This document shows positions 19,310 through 27,582 of a stretch of 64,000 nucleotides of DNA, one piece after another. A program made the translations under genes and the position numbers. The stretch is from Patescibacteria group bacterium (lineage in GTDB: Bacteria; Patescibacteriota; Patescibacteriia; GWA2-46-9): NCBI GenBank assembly GCA_041660005.1, contig JBAZXG010000003.1:64835-128834 (forward strand), written 5' to 3'. Under the pieces are notes generated by a model that saw nothing but the letters and a program-made list of their open reading frames with translations, made no database searches and was not told the origin of the DNA. Within the stretch, counting starts at the first letter, position 1; the number at the start of each line of letters is the position of its first letter.

Positions 19310-21489
19310 AAACCGTAACTTTCCAGATTAGCGGAATGCATTGCGCTTCGTGCGTCATAAAAAACGAGCGCAGCTTAAAGAAGATTGCTGGTGTCCAAAA
19401 CGCTAGCGTCAACTTTGCCATGAGTAACGCAACGGTAGAGTTCGATGAAAAATTGGCTTCAGAAAAGGCGCTGCATCACGCAGTCGAAAAAAATGGTTAC
19501 AAAGTGCTGACCGAAGAGCATGCCAAGGACCACAAAGACCACATGCAGCATGAGTTCAAGGCGACAAAACAGCGTGCGCTTGTCGCTCTGGCGCTTGCGC
19601 TGCCGGCAGTGGTGCTAGCAATGTCAGGAGTTGTTCTTCCGTACTCACTCGCCGGGTACAATCTTAGCGTGTTGCTGCAAGCTATTTTTGGAAGTACCGT
19701 TGTTTTGGTTCTTGGTTGGGAGTTCCATGTGAATATGTTGAAGCAAGCTAAAATGCTTTCGGCTGACATGGATACGCTGATTTCAATTGGCACGCTCGCA
19801 GCAGTCGGCTATAGCGTATGGGCAGTTGTGACAGGGTTAGCGCAACTTTATTTTGAGACGGGCGCTGTGATTACTGCGCTCATTTTGCTCGGGCGCTACT
19901 TCGAGGCGAAAAGCCGCGGACAAGCAAGTGAAGCCATTGAAAAGTTGCTAGAGCTCGGCGCAAAAAGTGCACGATTGATTGATGCGGAAGGACATGAGAA
20001 GGAAGTGCCAATTGAAGCCGTAAGAATAGGCGACATTTTGCTCGTAAAACCCGGAGAGAAAATTCCTGTGGATGCAACAATTACTCAAGGGGCGACCAGT
20101 ATTGATGAATCGATGTTAACCGGAGAGAGTATGCCCGTTGATAAACAGGTTGGCGACAGTGTTTTTGGTGCAACCATTAACATCAATGGTGCGGTGCAAG
20201 TTCGTGCCGAAAAAATTGGTAGCGATACCGTTCTTGCTCAAATTGTAAAAATGGTGAATGACGCGCAGGTACAAAAAGCGCCCATGCAAAAATTGGCAGA
20301 TAAAGCATCGAGCATCTTTGTACCATTTGTTCTTGTCTTTGCCGTACTCACCGGGGTTGTTTGGTATTTTTTGACTGGGGACATTACGCAAAGCATTATT
20401 CCAGCCGTAGCTGTTTTGGTCATTGCCTGTCCTTGCGCCTTGGGTTTGGCAACGCCGACGGCAATTATGGTGGGCACTGGTTTAGGTGCTAAGCGGGGCA
20501 TTCTCATAAAGAACGGCGAGTCACTAGAGCGCGGAAAGAAAATTGACGCAGTGCTTTTCGACAAAACAGGAACGCTTACAGAGGGAAAGCCAATTGTGAC
20601 CGATGTTGTTACCCTTTCAGAGTTATCTGAGGACAGTATTCTGCTCTACGCGGCGAGCCTCGAAAAACTTTCGGAACACCCTCTAGCTTCAGCTATTGTC
20701 AACGCCGCGACGGACAAAAAAATTGCCTTAAAAAAGGCAGACGCTTTCAAGAACGAAGCAGGCAAAGGTGTACGAGCTATAGTAGACGGAGAAAACATCA
20801 TCGTCGGTAGTACGCGTCTCATGGCGGAAGCTGGAATTTCTTCGGGGGATTATCTTTCAAAAGTTGAGGCGCTTGAGCTGCAGGCAAAAACAGTAATTGT
20901 GGTCATTAAAAATAACGTTCTCGTTGGTCTCATTGCGATTGCCGATACCTTAAAGTCAGATGCCAACGATGCGGTAGCGAAACTTCGTGCTATTGGTATT
21001 CAAACCATCATGATTAGTGGCGACAACCAAAAAACAGCGGAGGCGATTGCGCGTAGTGTCGGGATTGAAAAAGTTTTTGCTGGAGTGCTGCCACACGAAA
21101 AGGCAATCAAAGTGAAAGAGTTACAGCAAGCCGGTCTTAAGGTGGCATTTGTTGGAGATGGTATTAACGATGCGCCAGCGCTGGCAGAGGCCGATCTTGG
21201 CATCGCCATGGGCACAGGAACGGACATTGCGATTGAATCAGGTAATATCGTTCTCGTTAAAGGTAATCCTTCGAAGGTTGTTGAGGCACTTCTTTTGTCT
21301 CAGTTAACCTTTCGAACGATTAAGCAAAATATGTTTTGGGCGTTCTTCTACAATATCGCTGCGCTACCCCTAGCAGCGCTTGGGCTCTTGAATCCGATGA
21401 TCGCAGCGGGGGCTATGGCGTTTTCGAGCGTCAGCGTTGTTGGAAATAGTCTTCGCATCAAAAGGTTTAATAGAGCGAATGCTCGCTAA
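19306..21489 (+). CDS. copA: Copper-translocating P1B-type ATPase
   Basis: N-terminal HMA GMHCASC, TGES, the CPC motif ([12 protein letters not shown]), DKTGTLT and GDGINDAP; 727 aa. Confidence 0.92.
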   Translation: MKTVTFQISGMHCASCVIKNERSLKKIAGVQNASVNFAMSNATVEFDEKLASEKALHHAVEKNGYKVLTEEHAKDHKDHMQHEFKATKQRALVALALALPAVVLAMSGVVLPYSLAGYNLSVLLQAIFGSTVVLVLGWEFHVNMLKQAKMLSADMDTLISIGTLAAVGYSVWAVVTGLAQLYFETGAVITALILLGRYFEAKSRGQASEAIEKLLELGAKSARLIDAEGHEKEVPIEAVRIGDILLVKPGEKIPVDATITQGATSIDESMLTGESMPVDKQVGDSVFGATININGAVQVRAEKIGSDTVLAQIVKMVNDAQVQKAPMQKLADKASSIFVPFVLVFAVLTGVVWYFLTGDITQSIIPAVAVLVIACPCALGLATPTAIMVGTGLGAKRGILIKNGESLERGKKIDAVLFDKTGTLTEGKPIVTDVVTLSELSEDSILLYAASLEKLSEHPLASAIVNAATDKKIALKKADAFKNEAGKGVRAIVDGENIIVGSTRLMAEAGISSGDYLSKVEALELQAKTVIVVIKNNVLVGLIAIADTLKSDANDAVAKLRAIGIQTIMISGDNQKTAEAIARSVGIEKVFAGVLPHEKAIKVKELQQAGLKVAFVGDGINDAPALAEADLGIAMGTGTDIAIESGNIVLVKGNPSKVVEALLLSQLTFRTIKQNMFWAFFYNIAALPLAALGLLNPMIAAGAMAFSSVSVVGNSLRIKRFNRANAR

Positions 21490-21499
21490 CTATTTCTTT

Positions 21500-21643
21500 A
21501 TGTTTCATGAAGAAGTGTCCCCGTCCGAGGCAACTGAAGAAAATGCGAAAATGTATTTTTTTTCCGGCGTTGCCGTTGGTATTCTTTCGCTTTGCACTAT
21601 CGGATTTTTCGTGCTTCTTGCGGTGATGTTTGCGTCTAAGTAG
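21500..21643 (+). CDS. Possible 47-aa single-TM peptide downstream of copA
   Basis: ATG at 21500 within ORF 21437..21643, with the hydrophobic segment FFSGVAVGILSLCTIGFFVLLAVMF. No other support. Confidence 0.25.
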   Translation: MFHEEVSPSEATEENAKMYFFSGVAVGILSLCTIGFFVLLAVMFASK

Positions 21644-21671
21644 TTAGGGCAGTTTGTTTGCCCTCGTTTGC

Positions 21672-21749
21672 AGCGGTAACGTTTCTCTCTAAAAGGTCGT
21701 GTCGTATTCGATCCATGAGGGCGAAAACGTTACCGCTTTCGGTTTTTTT
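21672..21749 (+). terminator. Long-stem hairpin plus T-run closing the copper locus
   Basis: 13-bp stem AGCGGTAACGTTT (21672-21684) / AAACGTTACCGCT (21725-21737) around a 40-nt loop, followed by TTCGGTTTTTTT. Confidence 0.4.
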
Positions 21750-21763
21750 GTTACAATTCATGC

Positions 21764-22402
21764 ATGACCAAAAGTTCTCCTATTGAACTTCGAGAGAGCG
21801 AGCGCATTATAGAGGTGTTCAGCCAATACTGGCTTCGCTTCGGACTTATATTGGCTTCGCTTGTTGTTCTCTTCACGCTGCCATTTTTCTTTCTTTGGCC
21901 TCTCTTTAAGCTTGGCTACTTTGGCTTAGCTATCTTTGCGTTTCTTGTGTTTACTCTTGCTGTGCTTATGCTTCGCGAATTCTATAAGTGGAGAAACACC
22001 ACGCTTATTGCTACCACGAAAAGGATTGTCGTTAAGGAGCAGCGGGCACTTTTCAACAGTATTACCTCGGAGGTTGCGCTTACCACTCTAGCCGACGTTG
22101 AGGAGCAGAGAAGGGGATTTTGGCAAACCGTTGCCGGTTATGGCACGGTCATTCTGCGAGCCGATGGTCGAACTGACCCTATCTACTTTCATCATGTGGG
22201 TCGCCCTCATTTTGTGCGTCAGATGCTTTTGGAACTACGAGATACAACACCCGACAATGTTACAGAGCTTACCGGTGAGTGGTGGTGGGACAGATTTGTT
22301 CAGCTTGAAGGTAAGGAACAACACACCTTACTCGCAAAAGCGCGCTCACTTATGGGTGAAGATAAATGGCGAGAACTTTTTCGACCATACCCTGACGCAT
22401 AG
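21764..22402 (+). CDS. Membrane protein with bacterial PH-like (bPH_2/YdbS-type) domain
   Basis: Two N-terminal TM helices, then TTKRIVVKEQRALFNSITSEVALTTLADVEEQRRGFWQTVAGYGTVILRADG, which resembles the bPH_2 pattern. Confidence 0.55.
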   Translation: MTKSSPIELRESERIIEVFSQYWLRFGLILASLVVLFTLPFFFLWPLFKLGYFGLAIFAFLVFTLAVLMLREFYKWRNTTLIATTKRIVVKEQRALFNSITSEVALTTLADVEEQRRGFWQTVAGYGTVILRADGRTDPIYFHHVGRPHFVRQMLLELRDTTPDNVTELTGEWWWDRFVQLEGKEQHTLLAKARSLMGEDKWRELFRPYPDA

Positions 22403-22404
22403 TT

Positions 22405-22794
22405 ATGAAATTACCCGTTTTACGTTTGAACAGAGAACAATTATTACCATGGGGTCTTGGCCTGCTTATTGCCCTTCTGGTTATTGGGAATGTTAAATTG
22501 GTGATTAAGCGCTACCAAATACAGAAAGAATCTGATAAGTTATATGCGGAGCAGCAAAAGCTTCGGGACTCCAATAGTGATTTAAGTAAGTTACTGGAGT
22601 ACGTGCGTACTCCGGCATTTGTTGAAGAGGAGGCAAGACTACGTTTTAATTTGGCAAAACCAGGAGAAAAAATTTTTATTGTTCCAGAGGGAAACGAGAA
22701 TGCAGAGGGTACAAATAGTGAAACAGGGGGTTCCAGTAGTAACAATGGCACCTGGTTTTCTAACTGGTGGCAGCATTTTTTTGGTAATAAATAA
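22405..22794 (+). CDS. Septum formation initiator family protein (FtsB/DivIC-like)
   Basis: One TM helix, a coiled coil, then RTPAFVEEEARLRFNLAKPGEKIFIV, typical of FtsB/DivIC. Confidence 0.65.
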   Translation: MKLPVLRLNREQLLPWGLGLLIALLVIGNVKLVIKRYQIQKESDKLYAEQQKLRDSNSDLSKLLEYVRTPAFVEEEARLRFNLAKPGEKIFIVPEGNENAEGTNSETGGSSSNNGTWFSNWWQHFFGNK

Positions 22795-22796
22795 CT

Positions 22797-23726
22797 ATGT
22801 CTGACAGTAAAGAAAAAGATTTGAACAAGCCGGCATTTGATGAACCGACAAGGAAGCGGATGCATGAAGTGGTTCTCGCTTGGTTGCAGAAACACGGTTC
22901 GGAAAGTAATGTCAGCACGCCAACTATCGCGTCTGCGCGAGTACCATCGAGCCCTTTACCTGTTGAGGAGAAGCCCAAAAAAGAGCTGAAGACAGCCGTG
23001 CGTCGGCAAACGAGCGCACCGCAAGAAATAAAAAAACAAGCCGTGATACTCGACCCGTCACACGAGCTTGCTTCTCCGCGCATGCCACTTCTGTTAACGT
23101 CGGGTAGTCACCTGCATACACTACTTAGAAAATTCGTTACTGTTGCGGTGTATGCATTTGTTGGTGTTCATATTTTGGCCGCGCTACTTGTTTACGGGTT
23201 TAAGCAAACGAACGGTGTCGCGCAAGTGTTATCCAACTTTGTGCCGTTGCCTTACGCTTTTGTGAGTTATCATCCAATTTTTTATAGCGAAATCAATAAA
23301 GAGACTGACGCACTCGACCTTTTCTACAGTCAACAGACGGCTCAGAATGTTCGCCGACCAACAAGAGACGACATTCATAGATTGGTCACTACTGCTATAA
23401 CGCGGCGACTCGTTGCAGAGGAATTGGCGCGTCGTCGAGGAATTTGGGTTACAGAAAAGGATATTGATGCGGCACTCGCAAAAGTTGTTGAACAGGCAGG
23501 TTCACTTGATAAAGTTAAAGGCTCTATCAAACAACTTTGGGGCTGGCGCCTCAGCGAATATCGCTACTACGTACTTCGTCCGTATCTTGTTAAGGAGCAG
23601 TTGTTGGTTGCGTTCTCTGAGGACCCGATTATCAAGCGCGAGTTACCAGCCGGTAGCAGCATCCAGTCGCTCGATCGCTACCTCGATAAAGTTGCCCCTA
23701 CAATGCTGAAGCAAGTTGGCCCGTAG
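22797..23726 (+). CDS. Hypothetical membrane-anchored protein
   Basis: 309-aa ORF with a central TM helix (VAVYAFVGVHILAALLVYGF). No family recognised. Confidence 0.4.
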   Translation: MSDSKEKDLNKPAFDEPTRKRMHEVVLAWLQKHGSESNVSTPTIASARVPSSPLPVEEKPKKELKTAVRRQTSAPQEIKKQAVILDPSHELASPRMPLLLTSGSHLHTLLRKFVTVAVYAFVGVHILAALLVYGFKQTNGVAQVLSNFVPLPYAFVSYHPIFYSEINKETDALDLFYSQQTAQNVRRPTRDDIHRLVTTAITRRLVAEELARRRGIWVTEKDIDAALAKVVEQAGSLDKVKGSIKQLWGWRLSEYRYYVLRPYLVKEQLLVAFSEDPIIKRELPAGSSIQSLDRYLDKVAPTMLKQVGP

Positions 23727-23986
23727 GGTCGACTATTAGGGGGCTTTATTTTAGTCCAATACCTCGACGGCTTGCCGCGAAATTAAAATAAAACTAAAAT
23801 ATCCCGCGTAGCTCCCTGACCGGCCGTAGCCTTGCTGTGTCCTGCCGTAGTTTTGTACGAAGGAGGAGCGAAGGAGGTTAGCGAAGTGGGATTACTTATG
23901 CACATACCCCGTCCGCACGCGGCGGGGGTGATTGATCAGTTGATTTACTCGTGTCATAATTAGTTCATTATTTAACATTCAAAACT

Positions 23987-24550
23987 ATGAAAAAAGGACT
24001 AATAATAGGAGCAGTTATCGTTGTTGGTTTGTTTCTTTACAGCTTCAGCATTTACAACCGCATGGTGACCAGTTCCGAGGCGGTGGACGGGCAGTGGGCT
24101 CAAGTTGAGACGCAGTATCAGCGCCGATTTGATTTGATTCCAAACTTAGTGGAGTCAGTGAAGGGGATTTTCGAACAAGAAAAGTCAGTCTTTGGTCTTA
24201 TTGCAGAAGCGCGCACCAAGTACGCCGGTGCTGTGGCTAGCGGAACGGTTGCCGAAAAAGTAGCGGCCACGAACCAAGTTGAGTCGGCCTTAGCTAGACT
24301 CTTGGTTGTGGTAGAGAATTACCCTGAGCTTCGTTCTTCAGAAAGTGTGCAGACCTTAATGGCGCAACTAGAGGGTACTGAAAACCGGGTAAGCGTTGAG
24401 CGGAAGCGCTTTAACGATCAGGTGCGCGATTACAACGTTCTCATTAAGCGTTTTCCAGCAAGCGTGCTAGCGCGCATGTACGGATTTGACGTCAAAATAT
24501 ATTTTGAGTCAGTGAGCGGCGCAGAGACAGCACCTAAGGTTGAATTTTAG
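23987..24550 (+). CDS. lemA: LemA family protein
   Basis: N-terminal TM helix, then YNRMV...EAVDGQWAQVETQYQRRFDLIPNLV...ENYPELRS...RKRFNDQVRDYN, the canonical LemA pattern. Confidence 0.9.
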   Translation: MKKGLIIGAVIVVGLFLYSFSIYNRMVTSSEAVDGQWAQVETQYQRRFDLIPNLVESVKGIFEQEKSVFGLIAEARTKYAGAVASGTVAEKVAATNQVESALARLLVVVENYPELRSSESVQTLMAQLEGTENRVSVERKRFNDQVRDYNVLIKRFPASVLARMYGFDVKIYFESVSGAETAPKVEF

Positions 24551-24576
24551 CGACAATTTTGTAGCTTCGTTTGTTC

Positions 24577-25446
24577 ATGCGTAAAAAATACGCCGCCGCG
24601 CTATTTGCGTTACTCTTAACGCCGTTAATAGCGGCGGCGTATTTTAGTCCTGGTATACCAACGGGGTTTGTTAATGATTTTGCCAGTGTTTTGTCTGCTG
24701 ACCAAAAGCAATCACTGGAGTTAAAACTTTCCAATAACAATAAAACAAGCGGCAATGAAATTTCGGTCGTAACAATTCAAAGTTTGAAAGGGGATACGGT
24801 TGAAAACTATGCAGTAGAATTATTTAAAGAGTGGGGGATTGGTAAAAAGGGGAAAGACAACGGCGTTTTGCTACTCGCTGCAATAGAGGACAGAAAAGTA
24901 AGAATAGAGGTTGGCTATGGTCTTGAAGGGTCGCTCACAGACGCACAAAGTTATTGGATCATTCAAAATGATATTGTCCCAAATTTTAGGAGCACGAAAT
25001 ACTACGCAGGATTAAATTTGGCAACGAACCATATCATTGCGGTAACCAGCGGCGAGCAACTGCCAGTAGCGCAAGACCAGTCTTCAAACACACTTCCCGT
25101 AGACTGGAAACTGTTCGCTTATTTAATTTTCTTTATTCCCTTGTGGTTGGCTAGTGTTCTCGGTCGATCAAAGTCATGGTGGACCGGTGGACTTCTTGGT
25201 GGTGCTGTGGCGATTGTCGGTGGCTTAATAATGGGTTTTTTGTATTTTGGTTTAATTGCTTTTGTTATTTTGGTTCCACTGGGTCTTTTCTTTGATTTTA
25301 TAGTTTCTAAATCGTACACAAAAGGTAAGGCACGTGGGCATATCCCTTGGTGGATTGGCGGCGGCAAAGGTGGGATGGGTGGCGGAGGTTTCGGCGGATT
25401 TGGCGGCGGTTCATCTGGTGGTGGCGGTGCAAGTGGGGGATGGTAA
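24577..25446 (+). CDS. TPM domain-containing protein with Gly-rich C-terminal tail
   Basis: Signal peptide, VNDFASVLSADQKQSLE...EISVVTIQSL...NGVLLLAAIEDRKVRIEVGYGLEG, TM helices and a GGGGFGGFGGGSSGGGGASGGW tail. This is the usual lemA neighbour. Confidence 0.8.
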   Translation: MRKKYAAALFALLLTPLIAAAYFSPGIPTGFVNDFASVLSADQKQSLELKLSNNNKTSGNEISVVTIQSLKGDTVENYAVELFKEWGIGKKGKDNGVLLLAAIEDRKVRIEVGYGLEGSLTDAQSYWIIQNDIVPNFRSTKYYAGLNLATNHIIAVTSGEQLPVAQDQSSNTLPVDWKLFAYLIFFIPLWLASVLGRSKSWWTGGLLGGAVAIVGGLIMGFLYFGLIAFVILVPLGLFFDFIVSKSYTKGKARGHIPWWIGGGKGGMGGGGFGGFGGGSSGGGGASGGW

Positions 25447-25477
25447 TTAAAATCGGGCGGCGGAAAACTAATTTAGG

Positions 25478-25506
25478 TTGACGGACACGATAAAATGTGC
25501 TAGTAT
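25478..25506 (+). promoter_or_regulatory. Sigma70-like promoter with extended -10
   Basis: TTGACG (25478-25483), a 17-nt spacer, then TGcTAGTAT (-10 at 25501-25506), 31 nt upstream of the ATG at 25538. Confidence 0.4.
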
Positions 25507-25537
25507 ATTGATGTTAATTCATATATAAATAACTTAT

Positions 25538-25999
25538 ATGGGAGAACGCGAGCACACAGGTGACATTCCTGCAGATTGGAATAAAGATGCAAAGGAAGTT
25601 AGTCCTGATGATTGGGCGAGGGCTCGAATGGGTCTTGGTACGCCACCACAAGTTGAGGTTGATAAAGTTCGATCAGTGAGCGAACAGCTCAAAAATTTAC
25701 GTGATGCTTTACCTATTGCTGGGAAGCTTGAGTTTGTCGATCGTTTCCGGAAGAAATATCCGGATGCAGGAGCCGATATAAACCCACGTCAAGATATAAC
25801 CGCAGAAGAAGTCGATGAGTTATACATGAAATGTCTTACACGAGTCATGGACATAGAAGCACAAAGAGGGGGTAGTCGCTATGCTTATGAGGAACCACTA
25901 CAAAAACTTAGAGAGGAAGCGCCTGTTGTTTTTACAGAACCCACAAAGGCACAAGCACCCGAATCAACCGATGCTGCTGAGGTAAGTAGTGCGGAATAG
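25538..25999 (+). CDS. Hypothetical acidic protein
   Basis: 153-aa ORF bracketed by its own promoter-like element and a strong terminator. No family recognised. Confidence 0.4.
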   Translation: MGEREHTGDIPADWNKDAKEVSPDDWARARMGLGTPPQVEVDKVRSVSEQLKNLRDALPIAGKLEFVDRFRKKYPDAGADINPRQDITAEEVDELYMKCLTRVMDIEAQRGGSRYAYEEPLQKLREEAPVVFTEPTKAQAPESTDAAEVSSAE

Positions 26000-26021
26000 T
26001 TAGAAAAGAACACTCAACAAA

Positions 26022-26049
26022 AGAGCGACCACAAGGGTCGCTCTTTTGA
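26022..26049 (+). terminator. Rho-independent terminator
   Basis: 10-bp stem AAGAGCGACC / GGTCGCTCTT with loop ACAAG, followed by TT. Confidence 0.65.
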
Positions 26050-26113
26050 TTATGTTTAATTTATATATAAGTCCTCTTAATACAGTCTTCAAACCAAGTT
26101 TAACTTGGTACTC

Positions 26114-26171
26114 ATCTTGGCCCAGTCAAACTGGGCACACCTGCGTCAAACCAAGTTTGACTTGGTGGAGC
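26114..26171. repeat. 58-bp hairpin-rich repeat, copy A (abuts the 3' end of tRNA-Thr)
   Basis: ATCTTGGCCCAGTCAAACTGGGCACACCTGCGTCAAACCAAGTTTGACTTGGTGGAGC is identical base-for-base to 27282-27339. It contains the hairpins CCCAGT-CAA-ACTGGG and ACCAAGT-TTG-ACTTGGT. Confidence 0.95.
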
Positions 26172-26241
26172 CACCTCCCGGATTTGAACCGGGGACCTCT
26201 ACTTTACGAAAGTATTGCTCTACCAGCTGAGCTAAGGTGGC
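26166..26241 (-). tRNA. tRNA-Thr (anticodon CGU), CCA encoded
   Basis: The reverse complement folds as GCCACCT-TA-GCTC-AGCTGGTA-GAGC-A-ATACT-TTCGTAA-AGTAG-AGGTC-CCCGG-TTCAAAT-CCGGG-AGGTGGC-T-CCA. Confidence 0.92.
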
Positions 26242-26263
26242 AAAAGTTGTTTCAACTATGTTA

Positions 26264-27199
26264 TTAGTTATTTGGCTGTGTCCAGCAATGTATTCCGCTC
26301 GACATTGTTGCACAGAGTTTGTAGTGTTGTCCATCCTCAGAGGCGACATAAGTAAAACGTTTGAGCTGAATTTGATTGTCTTTATCTGTTGACTCGTCTA
26401 ATGTAATTTGCGCTTCAAGGAGTGTTTTCGGGTAAATCTTATATCTCAAGTAGAATAAATCAAGTTCAGCTCGCAAGAATTGACTCTTTCCCGATAACAT
26501 TTCGTCACTTGTATTAATTGAAACATTCACTTGTTGAATCATGTTAACAATTCCAAATGCAATTACTAAAACAACGACAATTATCGATACACCCGTAACA
26601 AATTGTTCAACTGCAAGGGATTTTCTGGATCGATTAATAATTATTTCTTTGTGCTGGAAACAATAAAGCAGCAGATAGTAAACGACAATAATATCAACCC
26701 CATGCAAACAAGTAAGATATGAATTGATTGAGTTGTAAGAAATAAGGAGATAGAGAAGAAAACCAAAAATATTGATTCCGGTAACCCAATTAACAATTTG
26801 TTTTGATCGGGTAGCATCAATTTGGCTTGTCTTAATTACACTATTTGTTGCAATCCAAATTGCAAACGAACTTGCCGAAAGATAAAGAAGTGCCACGAGT
26901 AGTAGTAGTGCTGCACGTGTTAGTTGCTGAGTAACGTCAGGAAGAAAAAAATTAACTAAGATACTGCCGAAGGTAAATACAAACGAACCGACAGCTAGTC
27001 GTGTAATTATTATGGTCCTTACTTGCCAGAATAAGCTTCGTTGAGATGGTAGGATGGGTGGTGTTGTAGGAGAAACTTCCATAAGGGTAAGGGTTATTTT
27101 CTTGGAGCGCTGCTTATCGCGAGACAATGACCTTATCATCAGGCAGTGGTTCATTCGATAACTCTGAGTACCGCAAACGTAATATTTATTGCTATCCAT
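26264..27199 (-). CDS. Hypothetical polytopic membrane protein with pilin-like C-terminal module
   Basis: 311-aa low-GC ORF with an uncertain start and about 5 hydrophobic helices. The last ~130 aa resemble a type IV pilin-like module (see findings). Confidence 0.5.
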   Translation of the reverse strand: MDSNKYYVCGTQSYRMNHCLMIRSLSRDKQRSKKITLTLMEVSPTTPPILPSQRSLFWQVRTIIITRLAVGSFVFTFGSILVNFFLPDVTQQLTRAALLLLVALLYLSASSFAIWIATNSVIKTSQIDATRSKQIVNWVTGINIFGFLLYLLISYNSINSYLTCLHGVDIIVVYYLLLYCFQHKEIIINRSRKSLAVEQFVTGVSIIVVVLVIAFGIVNMIQQVNVSINTSDEMLSGKSQFLRAELDLFYLRYKIYPKTLLEAQITLDESTDKDNQIQLKRFTYVASEDGQHYKLCATMSSGIHCWTQPNN

Positions 27200-27205
27200 A
27201 TGCCT

Positions 27206-27222
27206 GCGACGTCTGACGTCGC
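27206..27222. promoter_or_regulatory. Perfect 8+1+8 palindrome just upstream of ORF 26264..27199
   Basis: GCGACGTC-T-GACGTCGC, 7 nt upstream of the annotated ATG on the minus strand. Operator-like; its function is unknown. Confidence 0.35.
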
Positions 27223-27281
27223 ATACATAAAATATAATTACCTATCCCGTCAAACAAGACAGAATGTTTGACTTGCTAGGA

Positions 27282-27339
27282 ATCTTGGCCCAGTCAAACT
27301 GGGCACACCTGCGTCAAACCAAGTTTGACTTGGTGGAGC
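27282..27339. repeat. 58-bp hairpin-rich repeat, copy B (abuts the 3' end of tRNA-Gly)
   Basis: Identical to 26114-26171. Similarity continues in degenerate form for about 20 bp to the left (GTTTgACTTGcTA vs GTTTaACTTGgTA). Confidence 0.95.
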
Positions 27340-27407
27340 GGGATACGGGAATCGAACCCGTGCCTAAACCTTGGGAAGGTCTCGTACTGCCATTATACTA
27401 ATCCCGC
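27334..27407 (-). tRNA. tRNA-Gly (anticodon CCC), CCA encoded
   Basis: The reverse complement folds as GCGGGAT-TA-GTAT-AATGGCA-GTAC-G-AGACC-TTCCCAA-GGTTT-AGGC-ACGGG-TTCGATT-CCCGT-ATCCCGC-T-CCA. Confidence 0.9.
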
Positions 27408-27582
27408 GCAAAGGAACAGCTAAAACGTTAAATGTAAAAGGACTTTGCGTCCCGAGTGTATCGAGGGGCTACCTTAATCTTAACGCCCTGAGCGAAGTCG
27501 ACCTATGGTGAGCGTATAATTACTAGCTATTCGCTTTTTTCAATCATCACAATTTGCTATACTATATTGTACCAAACATCAG

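Noticed and set aside
26046-26349. ORFs 26046..26267 (+) and 26146..26349 (-) around tRNA-Thr.
   Set aside because: Both run through the tRNA gene and the 58-bp repeat. The KPSLTW duplication in the + ORF is just the translated hairpin repeat.
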